The position numbers were made by a program, and so were the translations under genes. A DNA stretch of 63,891 bases, filler included. It is 16 parts of 16 records of this genome, joined end to end, with 100 filler letters (N's around TTAATTAATTAA, not from the genome) between each part and the next. Parts side by side here need not be neighbours in the genome. Positions count along the whole stretch, not along the records: positions 24,031 to 27,410 come from SRR7504441_16037; positions 27,511 to 31,103 come from SRR7504441_16038; positions 31,204 to 34,664 come from SRR7504441_16039; positions 34,765 to 41,059 come from SRR7504441_16046; 12 more parts are not named here. One strand, written 5' to 3'. The notes under the pieces are model-generated. The model did not search any database. It was not told where the DNA came from and was given only the letters and a program-made list of their open reading frames with translations. Below, in pieces: positions 24,031-35,592 of the stretch. Every line of letters begins with the position of its first letter. Position 1 is the first letter of the stretch.

Positions 24031-27000
24031 CCCCCCCCCCCCTCCCCCCCAGTCGGCTGAGCCCGTGGCAGCGACCCGGGCGCTGGCGTCACCCAGCTGC
24101 ATCATTCGTTCGTCCTAACAGAATCGTCGGCCCGGCGCAAGTACGGCTGCTGCCTGCGCTACCCCCATCAGCGCGGTTCATAGCCCGGCGCGCCGGGTGC
24201 CAGCCGGGCGGCCAGGCGAGACTGCGCTGTCCATAGTGCCTGAGTGCGTTGTGGTGCTCTCACGGCACCCCTGGACAGCACTGCTCTACGCGGTGGCGGA
24301 GGTGAAGCCTCTGCCTGCTAGCCGGCGAGTACCGGCTGGTGTCTAGGCGGTGGCAAGTCTGCGGGCGCTGGGAGCGGACTACGAGAGGCAGTTTCTGACC
24401 GCGCTCGCAGCTAAGCCGCTCCCCGGCCCTCGCGAGAGCGTTCAAGTGTCTGTGACGGTCGCTGCCGGTGCCTGTGGGGGCGTGGGCCAGAGTAATTGAC
24501 AGCGATGTGGGGCAGGCAACTCGGATGAGGACTTGCTGGGGGGGGCGGAGCTCTCGGAGCGGCTGTTTACACTGGAGCGACCGGATAGTCTTGGGATGAG
24601 CCAGGCTGACGGTGAGCTATCGTGTGAAGAGTCTGACGTGACGGCTCTGGCGGTGCCGCTTGGGGGGTTTAATACGGTGTCCGTTGTGGAGGTGGGCAGC
24701 ATGCGGTGGCGGCTGCTGAGCAGGGCGGGCAGGCGCTGCTGGGTGAGTGCAGAGTTATAATTAGCAGTTCGGATCTGACAATGCTATCTGCAGCAGTCCA
24801 GGCACTGTTAATCATTAGTATTATTTATTCTGATTTATATTCTCACCCTCTGCTTTGCAGGCGGCCGCTGGGCTGCTCCACCCGCTGAGCTGGCAGCACA
24901 TATTCGTGGCGGTGCTGCCCAGAAAAATGCTCGAAATGGTCTGCGCTCCCGTGCCGTTCCTGGTCGGCGTCATGAGTCCGCACATGGAGTTTGTGCTCAA
25001 AATGCCGTTAGAAGACGTTGTGGTGGTCAATCTGGACGACGGGTCCGTTAAGAAGAGCCGGGGAAGCAGCCTGGCCTGTCTGCCGGATCGGCTTGAGCGA
25101 CAGCTGGTAGCATCACTCGAGCAGGTGAGACGAAGGCTGCTGCTATGGCCGGTGTCTGCTCATGCGAATAATCGCTGGTTGGTGACTGCAGGCAATCACT
25201 GAGCACAAGGATGGCACCTCAGACACTAAGGCGTGCAATATCGCGATCAGCGCCGCCTTTCTGGAGGCATCCGCCTCACAGCTGTGCTCTAGTCAGCGTG
25301 TGGCTGTAGGTTTTCGTGTCTATTTTGGGCTCCTACCGGCTTCACATCCACTGCAATTCTATCTGTGGCGCCTACTTCGACCAGAGACGGTCGGAATGTT
25401 CCGCCTAGTGCTGGAATGTAACGGAATATGCAGGATGGTCGAGAGCTCGCCGTCGGATTTTAGAGAATTTCTCCAGACAGTCAGCCAGTCCCAGCTCTAC
25501 AAGCAGTGGTACGCCACCGATAGCTTAACATAGCTTAACATAGCTTAGCGCCGATAGCTTAACATAGATTAACATGCTTCATGATGACTGAACATCTCAC
25601 CGGTCTGCTGTGTCACAGGGTGGATACAAGAGTGGCTGCTGTGGCCGAATCGCAGCAGCAGGACTCGTCGCTTTGGTTCGACCAGCCGTCCAAACTCTCC
25701 TCATTCGAGCAGGCACGCGGCCTTCGCTAACGGCATTCTAACCGCATTTTAACGGCAGGCCGCTCTCGACATTGAGTCCGACACTGTAGCGCATGAAGAG
25801 CTCGCTGCGTCTAGCCTGCACGCCGGCTGGGAGCAAGCCGACGAGGAGGCGTTGGCGAGCAACGCTGAGGCTCTGGGGGCGATGAACTTCCCAGAGCCAA
25901 ACCACGAGGCCAGCGCGCCCCAGTTACCGCCGAGGCGTGCTGTAACTAATTCAACTCTTATCAACTCGATGGACGCTCAGATGTTTTCGACTGCTCTGGG
26001 CGAGCGATGCAGGTGTGTATCCGCACCTGTGTGATGATAGCGGGATTGGTTGCGGCTGAGCCAGATGTCAGGGAGGGGACCAGGAGCTTTCACATTGTGA
26101 TCAATAATCTGTCCCGGTGCACGCTCAATCTACAGCAGAGCTCAAATTCCCAGGAGTGGGTCGACTCAGTGCCTCCGCAGCAGATCGCCCCGGGCGAGCA
26201 AGTGGCTATCCGTGCTGTCTGTGTGCTCACTGCGTGCCAAGGTGGCGATCGGAGCAGTTTCAGACGAGATTTTCTCCGGGTTAGAAGGTCGGCTGGTGTA
26301 TGCTGTCGAGCCTCCGGGTGGCCAACTAGCATGCGGGTGCGCCTCACACCCCGCGAGCCGTCACAGTTGTGTGTAGCTTGTTCACCGTTGAGTTCGAGGT
26401 TCCGTTGATCGGGTCCAACGACCTCGATCTGAGTGGCCCAGCGTATCTCGAGCTCGTGTGCGCTTGGGTGACCAGCAAAGGCGACCACGCGCAGGTGTGA
26501 CTGTCACTGCACTAAGAGTGCCAAGCCCTGTGCAAGGTGCATGCGCACGTGGACACGATTGCAGATGTGGGGGAGTATGATAGGCTCCGCAGGGAGGAGC
26601 TCGCCAGGCACCGGTGTGACCTCGAGCCTTCAATCATGCCCGGCCTCTCACTACGGTAGTAGGTGTGCTGGCTCCGAATCGGGCATATCGCCACGTCACC
26701 AACAAGCGTTAGTCCCAACCCAACTGACGGTCCCAGCGCAAGAAGAGGGGGTCTCTGTGGTGGTGGGTAGGGCGGTCCAAGCCACGCCTCCAGCGCAGAC
26801 TGTGCCTAGCCCGCGACGGCAGAGGCCGGAGCCGCGGGCGATGCTCGCGTCGATGCAGGAGTGCTGCTCATTAGCTGAAGATATGATAGGGTCTATGGGG
26901 GATGACCCGGACCCTGATCCTGCGGGGCACGAGCTCTTGCTCGAGTTGAAGAAGCGAATCTTGCACTTTCTAGACCAGGCGAGTCGGGCGAGGAGTCAGT

Positions 27001-27148
27001 TAATTTTAATTATGGAGCGGTGTGTGTGCAGGTGCCAAAGTTATTGGAACTGGTGACGGACGACGAGCAGCTGACGATAGATTTGCTCTCAGCTAATGAT
27101 AACCTTTTAGCAGTAATGGGGCGACCCGAGATCAAAAACATAAGCTAG
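24031..27148 (+). CDS. DENN-domain Rab GEF with aegerolysin-like domain and C-terminal GAT-like domain (5' truncated, many introns)
   Basis: uDENN SFVLTE...KYGCCL, cDENN LHPLSWQHIFVAVLP...CAPVPFLVGV, dDENN FLQTVSQSQLYKQW. Beta domain at about 26080-26495. GAT-like ELLLELKKRI...LLSANDNLL ending at stop 27146-27148. Confidence 0.8.
25520..25575 (+). repeat. Intronic 10-bp tandem repeat (ATAGCTTAAC)n
   Basis: About 5 imperfect copies inside the 110-nt intron 25509-25618. Confidence 0.85.
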
Positions 27149-27212
27149 CTCAATCATAACTGATTCATAATGATGCGTATTCTATTGATTTCTAGGCCGA
27201 CTAACTCACTAG

Positions 27213-27340
27213 CACTCCTTGTTTGATTACTAGTAAGTACCTCATATTAAACGATTGACGTAACAGTATACAATCATGTAACACTCCTTGTTTGACTACT
27301 AGTACGAGTACCTCATAAAGCAATTGACGTATAGTGCAAT
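27213..27340. repeat. Intergenic imperfect direct repeat, 2 copies, period about 69 bp
   Basis: CACTCCTTGTTTGAyTACTAGTA...GTACCTCATA...ATTGACGTA...CAAT starting at 27213 and 27282. Confidence 0.85.
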
Positions 27341-27694
27341 AGTTGGGTGGACACTCTCGAGACTCAGGGCCGGAACGCCTGGTGCCGCACATGCGCATCC
27401 ACCGCCCCGGNNNNNNNNNNNNNNNNNNNNNNNNNNNNNNNNNNNNNNNNNNNNTTAATTAATTAANNNNNNNNNNNNNNNNNNNNNNNNNNNNNNNNNN
27501 NNNNNNNNNNGGGCAAGCAGGCCCGAGCTAGGGGCGGGGGGGCGGGGTCGAACTCACGCTCAGGGATTCATCCTTCTCGACCAGAGCGTCGATCCGTCCA
27601 AATAGTGTCTTCAGCTCTCCTTCGCGATCCATGGCTATGCTTTTTCTGTTGGGGCCCCGATGCGATCAACTGCCAGACTACAACGGACACAGCT

Positions 27695-29228
27695 ATGGAC
27701 AGCGCGGAGCTCCTCGAGTACGCGCTTGAGCAGCACGAGCCCGAGCCTGCGCCCGAGCCTGCGCCCGAGCCCGTAAAGTGTAGCCCCGAGACGGAGAAGA
27801 GCCCCGAGCCGGAGGAGAGCCCCGAGCCGGAGGAGGGCCCCGAGGCCGAGCTGGAGCGCAAGGCGGCGGTGCAGCGGCAGCTGGTTTCGGACGTGTCCAA
27901 GGTGTGACGCGCCTCCCTGGCCAGCAGCACCGTGTGTGCCGACGAGCGTTGTGGCGCAGGAGGCTGTGCTGCGCGACACGGTTGCCATTCACCAGGGCCT
28001 GACCTTCGAGGCCTTCGCCAAGGCGGCCCTTCCGGACGGGCCGGCCGAGCCGGGGCAGGTCAAGCAGCTCGAGTCGCAGATTCGCAAATACTACAACATC
28101 TGGGCCGATGACGCCACCGGCACTGAGCCCTTCGACGTGATCGTGCGCAAATGCGGGCGGGAGCCGGTGCTGTGGGCTGAGTGGGGTGGGGCCCAAGCGG
28201 ACGGCAGGCGGTGCGTGGGATGATAGAACAGCTCCAGTCGCTCCGCCAGGTGCCAGTCGACGCAGCTGGCGGCTGAGCCCTGGCAGTCGGCAGCGGGCGG
28301 GGCGGCGGACCTGAAAGCGCTCGGGGGTGCCGGGGCTGGCTGTGGCAAGGCTGACCGAGCGGATAGGACTGGTTCGACAGTGCAAAGAGCAGAGGCAGCA
28401 GCAAGCGGCCAGCCACGCGGCGCTCCGGATCCAGGCGCTGCCGAGCGCTGGCGGTGCAGGCTGAGTGCTCGCAGCCCGGGCAGGAGCAGCTGGCCGTCGA
28501 CGCACGGGTGACAGAGATGATCCGACTGGAGCAGGCCGCGCTAGCTGCGCCGCCCCCGGCTCGAACGGCGGCCGACGAGTGAGCCCGGCGCTGCGGCACC
28601 GCTGAGCGCGCCGCGCAGATATCACGAGCTCCAGGCGATATCAGAACTGGCGCACGAGAACTACATGTCGTCGGCACACAACCGAGTGGCCGGCTACCTC
28701 TGGTCCGGCTCGAGCAGGTTCCAGCCGAGGCTCCGGCAGGTGTGGCCTGGCTGCTGCTTGACGCGAGCCTGATATGGCAGGCCGAGATGGCGCAGCTGGC
28801 CCGGACCTCAAGTGCCTTTCAGCAAGAGCTGGGGGTTCGGGCGGCTGTGAGGTTCTTCACGGATCACCCTTACACGCATAATCCATCGTGCGGCCGGGTG
28901 GTGCGGCCGGTTGAGCTGTGCGGCAGGGCTGCGGCTGCCTACCACGAGAATTCCTGGGCGGCCGACTATAACTTTGGGCGGAGCAAGGCCGTGGGTGGGC
29001 CAATCGCTGAGGCTGAGAGCATTCCGGTGCAGCGCGGCCTGTGCCCTGTGACGCGGGTGCGCAGAACATAGGGTCAGACATCAAGAGCGTGTTTATCACG
29101 CCTTCAGAGACCCCTGTCGCATACAAATATGCCACGGACAGGTGACCCGCGCAAAGCTAATGGGCTGAGCAGGACGCAGGCGAGCGGCAGCACGACCAGG
29201 CTACGCCTTGCCGCCTAGCGGGCATTAA
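27695..29228 (+). CDS. Hypothetical multi-exon protein with N-terminal (E/S)PEP repeats
   Basis: MDSAELLEYALEQHEPEPAPEPAPEP... followed by exons separated by about 40-nt GT-AG introns. No family recognised. Confidence 0.55.
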
Positions 29229-29419
29229 CTCCTAGGAGCTTGGAGCGTGCTACGAATAGATTATCCCTTAATTAAAGGAACTTCGCATCTGCAACTACAA
29301 ATTGTCAATTATGATTTACGAGTATGAATAATCATGATCAAGACTCCTATTGTACATGTAACTTAGCAAATGGGGTGCTCGAGCTCTCTTGCGCGACTCT
29401 CGCGCTTCTTCGGCGCTAT

Positions 29420-30180
29420 CTAGGCTGTATCATTTTGGCATGCTCTTGATTGGCTGATCCTTTGCGGCTCTGCTTCGCCGTTGGCCGCTTGTATTAGTAG
29501 TCCATCAACCCCCTCGTTCCCCGAGCCCACGGGCGGGTGCATACCCGGGGGACGATGGCCGCCAGCGGGGTTACCGGGGAGGTTGAAGTGGGCCATCTGT
29601 AGCAGGCCGGCCTGGTGGCTGACCAGCTGCTTAAGCTGGCCGATTTCCGAGGCCTGCGAGATCACCACCTGCCGGAGAGTGTGAAGCTCCTGGTAGGCTT
29701 GCTCGAGCATCTGTCTCTTAACCACAGTGGCATCCTGGATCTGCTTCCGCTTTTTAGGCCTGCACTTGTCGCAGGTGGCCATTCCTGCCCCCGAGGTGAG
29801 CTGCAGCCCACCGCGCCCGGACCGCTGAAGCCGCTTTTCGGTATATTCTTCTTACAGGTCGAGCACCTTTGATACTCTTCCGGCGGCCGGGCGCCCGGGC
29901 CAGCAGCAGGGAGGTCTGGCGCGGAACGGTCGAAAGACTTGGGCAACCCGCTCGCCAGCGCAGCCAATCCCGTAGGGAGCCAGCCAGATTGGCCAGCCGG
30001 ATTACCAATATGACTGCGCACTGCTTCTTCTCTACTGCCGCCCGCCACCCTATCCAGTGGTCTATCCAGTGGTGGCTCCATGGATGATCCCGGCACGGCG
30101 GATTGCCGCGCTGCTATATCCCTGCACACTGCTTCTTCTCTACTGCCGCCCGGCCTCGGGGATCTATCCAGTGGCTCCAT
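29420..30180 (-). CDS. C4 zinc-finger plus coiled-coil protein
   Basis: Removing intron 29785-29822 gives CSTCKKNIPKSGFS-GMATCDKC, then basic RPKKRK and a leucine-zipper-like helix. The N-terminus has a duplicated PLDR...GGSREEAV segment. Confidence 0.6.
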
Positions 30181-30222
30181 GTGATGTCCCTAACGTCGGG
30201 AGTCGGTTGAGATCGTAACTGC

Positions 30223-31103
30223 ATGGTGTGGTACCCCGGCAAGCTGATCGGGGAGGCTGCCGCCGCCCGCACAGAGCGCCGCAGACAGGGCAAGGACGTC
30301 TGGTACCCGGGCAAGTACCTGATCGATGGTCAGCGCGAGCAGGCCTACCCTCAAGCTCCAGCTCGCGCTGAGGGCGATACCCCGCCTGACTCACCGACGA
30401 ACGCCACAGTCCGGGATCGGCAGAGCGAGTCGGACGGCCGGTGGTACCCCGGCAAGTGCGTGGACGAACTGGCAGAAATGTGCAGGGAGAAGAAGCGGCT
30501 GACGGCCGAGGGCAAGCAATATATCGGCTCCAAAAGCCCGTTGGTGCGGCTCAGGCAGCGCTGGAAAGCCAAGCGCGAGCTGGCCCACCGGGCGGTCGCT
30601 GATCCGATCGGCACGGTGCGGGTCACGGTGCTGCAGCTCAAGAGCCGAATCTCGCATCGGCCGTACGTCATCATGAGCATAGACGGGAACGAGGCCAGGA
30701 CGAGCACCGCGCTCACGGCCGAACCTGGCTGGCCCGAGGATGAATTTGAGCTCCCGGTGGCAAGCCCGGCCGCCAACCTGTGCCTGTATCTCTTTGACGA
30801 CGAGGCCGTGTTCAATGAGGACTGCATAGGGCGAGTGGTGATCCCCATTCAGCAGTGAGCCCCCTCGGCTTTACCCGGGGCGACTCAGTGTGTGGCAGCA
30901 TGTGTCGGCACCCGTTAGCTGTGCGCCCCAAGCCGAGGCACGAGGCGTGGTTCTGGCTCGCACCGCCCACGCAACAGAACAGCAAAATGGAGGCGCAGGA
31001 GTTCTACTATGAGGCTGTGGACAAGGTACCCGGGAGCGGGATGGCCTGGCCCAAAGAGCGCGAGTTCTCGATCGGATTTGTCAAAATCAGGATGGAGCTG
31101 CGG
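30223..31103 (+). CDS. C2-domain protein with three N-terminal WYPGK repeats, 3' truncated
   Basis: GTVRVTVLQL...PYVIMSIDG...FELPV...LYLFDDE...DCIGRVVIPI is a C2 fold. WYPGK occurs three times. Confidence 0.75.
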
Positions 31104-31203
31104 NNNNNNNNNNNNNNNNNNNNNNNNNNNNNNNNNNNNNNNNNNNNTTAATTAATTAANNNNNNNNNNNNNNNNNNNNNNNNNNNNNNNNNNNNNNNNN
31201 NNN

Positions 31204-31260
31204 ACAAACGTGGGAGCCTACAAGTACATACCTTCGTGAGCTGTGGACTAGCTGTGGACG
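31204..31260 (+). pseudogene. Degenerate copy of the 5' end of RPL15
   Basis: AAACGTGGGAGCCTACAAGTAC(ATAC)CTTCGTGAGCTGTGGA versus the real gene AAACATGGGAGCCTACAAGTACCTTCGTGAGCTGTGGA (minus strand, start 34376). Confidence 0.8.
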
Positions 31261-31401
31261 CTGTGATCTGAACCGCCAGCTGACAGCGCTGACAGCTGCA
31301 TGCGCAGGTTGGTCAAGCCGTTGAAAACCGACGTGTTCACTGTTGAGCTCGAGAAATGGCAAACCCGAGGGCCTAGACCGAGCAGCGAGGCAAGGGCGGG
31401 G

Positions 31402-33343
31402 ATGGGCTGCTGCTGCATCAAGGATTCCGACGGCGTGACCGGCTCGGACAAGCGATTCGTCTACCCGTTGGATGACCCATACAACAAGCACGACTACGTC
31501 GGGGGTCTTGGCCCCCCCCGCGGACGGCCCTGAGCCGCCGTGCAGGTATGGTGCGCGGCCGGCGGCACGGGTTCGGCACTCTACGGTGGGCATCGCCGCG
31601 CCTGGGCGGGGCGAGTTTGGGGCAGCTGGAAAGACGGCCGGGTGTTCGAGGGAAGCTTCATCTCGGACCTGGCACACGGCCCAGTGCGGTCCTGACCCGG
31701 GAACGGGCTCACTGGGCGGCAGGGGAGGTTCTGGTGGGACCCGCCGCGACTGGGCCAGCCGGGCGCGGCCGATCCGGAGCTGCAGGCGGGCGCGTGAGGC
31801 GATGGGAGTGAGCGGTGGGACAGGAGTGGAGCTACGGGGTGCGAAGCTACCATGGGCAGGCGGAGCCTGACCAGCTGGAGAGGGACAAGCCGAGCACGAT
31901 CCCATTCGTGCGTCAGGCCCTGGCCAGGGCCGAGCGGGGCTGGCAGCTGAGCAAGAAGCGGGACGTATCTTCGCTCCGGCTGATGCGTTTGCCGTTTGAA
32001 TCGAGCACTGCCCGGGTGCAGCGGCGTTTTGGCTCCAACTGAGCCGCGTGGGGCAGGTTCTCTCCTCCGGGCCGGCGGGGCACTTTGCGGTGGGTCCCGG
32101 CTGGGCGAGCGCCGGATGGTGGCCGGCAGGCCGGGGACGGTGAGTTCGCTTGGGACTTTGGGTTACCGATCGGAGCGCCGATACTCTGTGCCGAGGACGG
32201 GACGGTGCTCCGATACGCGGACCATTTCCCGGAGGGTGGCTGGCCGCTTAGGCCTGCGGGACCGGGGAGCAGGCCGGGCTGAGAAGCAGTTTAGAGGCCG
32301 CGACAACTTCATAGTTATCCAGGCAGCCGGCAGGCCGCTCCGGCTGGGCTCACCGGGGTGGGTCAGCACGCGGACGGGACGCTGGGCACTTACTGCCACT
32401 TGCTAAAGGGCGGGATCCAAGTCAGAACCGGCCAGCAGGTGGAGGCCGGGTGCGTGCTTGGGCTCTCGGGCAACAGCGGGTGAGTGCCGGGCGGGGCGCC
32501 ACCCAGCGTGGGTGCAGCTACTCCAGTGGGCCGCACCTGCACTTCCACGTGGCGACTGAGGCCGACAGCCACATGTTCATCCAGAACCCTGTGGCCTTCT
32601 GCGGCGAAAGACCGGAGGATGTGTTCCTCTGTGAGCTTCAGAATGTTTGTTACGGCTCCGATGGGCCTATCAGCGACCGGTATGAAGGCGGGACCGACCA
32701 GGCTGGCCGGCGGGACGGTGAATGGGTGGTTGGCTGGCCGGGCAGGCCGGGCAGGCCACGGAGTGCTCGAGCGGGCGGATGGGGCGCTCTACACAGGGCA
32801 GTTCAAGGCGGGAGAATTTGACGGTAGCTGCTCGAGCCCGCGGCCGTCACGAGCCCGGGGCGCAGGCGAGGGCACGCTGGTGTATGGCGAGACGGACCGG
32901 CTGCATCAGTACGAGGGCCAGTTCGTGCAGGGGGAACGGAGCGGGGTGCGGCGGGGGATGGGACCGGGTACTGAGGCTTGCGCAGCATGGCGTTCTCAAG
33001 TGGGCAGACGGCCGGCAGTATGCAGGAGACTGGTGCAAGAATCTGATCTCTGGACAGGGCCTGCTCACGTGAGCCTGAGCGGTAGGGTGGGGCACAGCCG
33101 GGCCGTAGGTATGCTCCGGATGACCGGTTCAAGAGGGTCCAGTACGAAGGGCAGTTTATGGCAGACCTGCGACACGGCCAAGGCCGGCTAGAGTGGAAGG
33201 ACGGCAAAAGGCGAGCTAGGCCCCGGAGGTCGCACTGACGGGCAGGCAGCTTTGATGGCGAGTGGCGCCAAGATCAGGCTCCGGCGTTGCAGAAGAAGCC
33301 CAAGCAAAAGAGAGGGAGCAGTCGAGGCGGCAAGCGGCGGTAG
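31402..33343 (+). CDS. N-acylated peptidase M23 (LytM) domain plus MORN-repeat protein, intron-rich
   Basis: Starts MGCCC. Spliced RLPFESSTAR|VLSSGPAGHFA|AGDGEFAWDFGLPIGAPILCAEDGTV...NFIVIQ|HADGTLGTYCHL...VRTGQQVEAGCVLGLSGNSG|YSSGPHLHFHV. Then about 5 MORN repeats (YTGQFKAGEFD, YEGQFVQGERSG, YAGDWCKNLISG, YEGQFMADLRHG, FDGEW). Confidence 0.85.
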
Positions 33344-33678
33344 AATGGGCCGAGTGCTGCCCAGCCGGATAGCCTGACCTTGTTTTCACTGGATCTAAAC
33401 ACCGACTGGCGAATCTGAATCGACACGGCCAATGATAGTCTTTCAATGGGTCGCGACGCCGGTCCAGACGGTCGACTAAATGCACGAAACGGCCGGACAT
33501 AGATGAATAAATTCTTATGTTAATTGTCTGCATTTTGACGACGAGCGTTCAGTCTAGTGCGGCTGACGGTGAATCGTGGACTAACAAAACAGAGGCTCGC
33601 AAGGCTGCCCTGGGAATCTCTTTAATTGAGCGGTTAGACAAAATGGGAGTGGAACTACGGAAGCTCGCTTCGGACCGC

Positions 33679-34376
33679 TTAACGGTACCGCTTGAGCGAG
33701 AGCTCCTGCTGCCGCTTCCATGTCGCCCGACGCGACGGCAGACGCTTGTTGTGGCCGTGGCCCTTGGCCACACCACGGTTGCTGCGGCCGGCTGCGGTGA
33801 GACCACGCAGCTCGCGGTGCTTGTGGGTCGGGTTGCAGATCCAGTTGATCCGCGGGTCGCGGGTGATGGCCTTGTGGCTCGGGTCGACGCAGATCACCTC
33901 GTAGTATTTGAACGTGGCGTCCTGCACCCCCAGCGCTCAGCCCTCTGCCCGTCCAGTCGACAGCCCGCAGCTACAGTGCTACAACTACAGTGGGCGGGGC
34001 GGCGCACGTTGTTGATCCAGTACGAGTTGAGCACACGGAGGTTACCGCACCGGCGGCCCACGCGCTCCTCAGCCTTGGAGCGGATCGACCGGCGGAACTT
34101 GAGAGCGTTCACTCCGGCGTTGCGCGGCTTACCGTACACTTGGCCCTTGTGGATTGGGCGCTTGCGGCCGCCACGGCGGACGCGGGTGCGGTAGATGACG
34201 TAGCCCTGCTTGGCCTTGTAGCCGAGGCGACGGGCCTTGTCGGGCCGGGTCGGGCGCGAGGCGCGGTGGGTGGTGGGCAGCTGCCGCAGCTCCCAGGCGC
34301 GCACACGCAGCAGGAAGCGCATCACGTCGGATTGCTTGCGGTTCCACAGCTCACGAAGGTACTTGTAGGCTCCCAT
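33679..34376 (-). CDS. RPL15: 60S ribosomal protein L15 (eL15)
   Basis: [26 protein letters not shown]...[17 protein letters not shown]...LSLKRYR, with an 86-nt GT-AG intron 33922-34007. Confidence 0.99.
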
Positions 34377-34556
34377 GTTTTTGTCGGCTCGGGACTCCCT
34401 GTTCCCCCGCAAGCTCAGCCCGGCTTTGGCGCGCCGCGCCACCGTGGGGCTTCAACCAGAACGCTGAGACAACGAGCGAAGAGGTCCGTTGATCGAGGGA
34501 GTCCGTTTTTTTTTTTATCAGTCGGGCCCGCCAGAGATCTCCAGGACGCTTCGCAA

Positions 34557-34664
34557 ATGCTGCAGCTCATCATCGCACTTGTATCCCTGGCGGCCGTCAC
34601 GGTCTCGTTGGCCCCGTGCCCACCCCGCGGCGCATGCCTGCCCGACTGCCACCGGCGGGACGGA
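34557..34664 (+). CDS. Start of a signal-peptide-bearing gene (truncated by contig end)
   Basis: MLQLIIALVSLAAVT hydrophobic leader, head-to-head with RPL15. Confidence 0.35.
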
Positions 34665-34764
34665 NNNNNNNNNNNNNNNNNNNNNNNNNNNNNNNNNNNN
34701 NNNNNNNNTTAATTAATTAANNNNNNNNNNNNNNNNNNNNNNNNNNNNNNNNNNNNNNNNNNNN

Positions 34765-35472
34765 AGCCGGAAAGCTTGGCTCCTCAACGGGCTCATCAGC
34801 AACTGGCTCCTCGACAACTGGCTCCTTGGGCTCGACCGGGCTGCCTGTGGAGCCCAGGGTGCGGAAATCGAGCAGCAGGTCAAGCTGCTTCCCAGCCATG
34901 CTGACTTTGTGGTGGCTCCTCACGAACTCGATGAACTCCTTCTTGGTCACGAGTTTGTCGCCGTTGGTGTTCATTTGGCTGAAGAACTGCGGCAACCGCT
35001 CAAGGCTCGGCAGGCCCCGACCGGCACCTCTCGCTCGGCCGCAGGGGTCTTGCTGCTCTCATCGATCCACTTCTGCTCCTCCGCCAGCACCTCCTCGGCC
35101 TTCTTGATCACCTTATCCGCTCTCTCCTTGGCAATCCCTGCGCCGCCAACTCCGGACTCTGCCAGTGCGGACTGCCACCTGGGCCCATCTGGCCCCGCCG
35201 GTCCCGCGCCTCCTCCAGCCGGCGCTTGGCAACGGTCATTCGGGCGGCGTGGTAGTGCCCCCACATGCCCTCGCACATCTCAAAGTTGAGCGCCCCCTTG
35301 ACCATGTTGTCCTGCCGCCCACGCTGGCCCCGCCGCCGCATCTCCGGGCTTGCACCTCATCGTACCGGTCGAAGAGTGGCCCAGTCTGGCTGGGCACCCC
35401 GGTGGCGTCCGGCTCGGACTCAAAAACCTCGACCCACCGGCTCGACATATCCTCGGACGCTGCGCAGCCCAT
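34765..35472 (-). CDS. N-acylated EF-hand protein (multi-exon, 3' truncated)
   Basis: Starts MGCAAS. EF-like segments DNMVKGALNFE and FSQMNTNGDKLVTKKEF. Short introns. Confidence 0.6.
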
Positions 35473-35592
35473 TGTCAAAGTCCAACCCCCTCCCTCTCGC
35501 TCCAACAGACGCTCCCGGTCCAAGCTTTTGCCGTTCACACGAGCTGTCGATCCACGGAGCCGAGCCAGTCACAGTGCTGTTGTGTCACCCCG

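Noticed and set aside
27213-27340. CRISPR-like repeat
   Set aside because: Only two copies, similarity extends across the whole unit with no unique spacer, no cas genes, and the context is eukaryotic.
33517-34712. Long plus-strand ORFs overlapping RPL15, and many other Arg/Pro/Ala-rich ORFs in the track
   Set aside because: Antisense or alternative-frame shadows expected in high-GC coding DNA.
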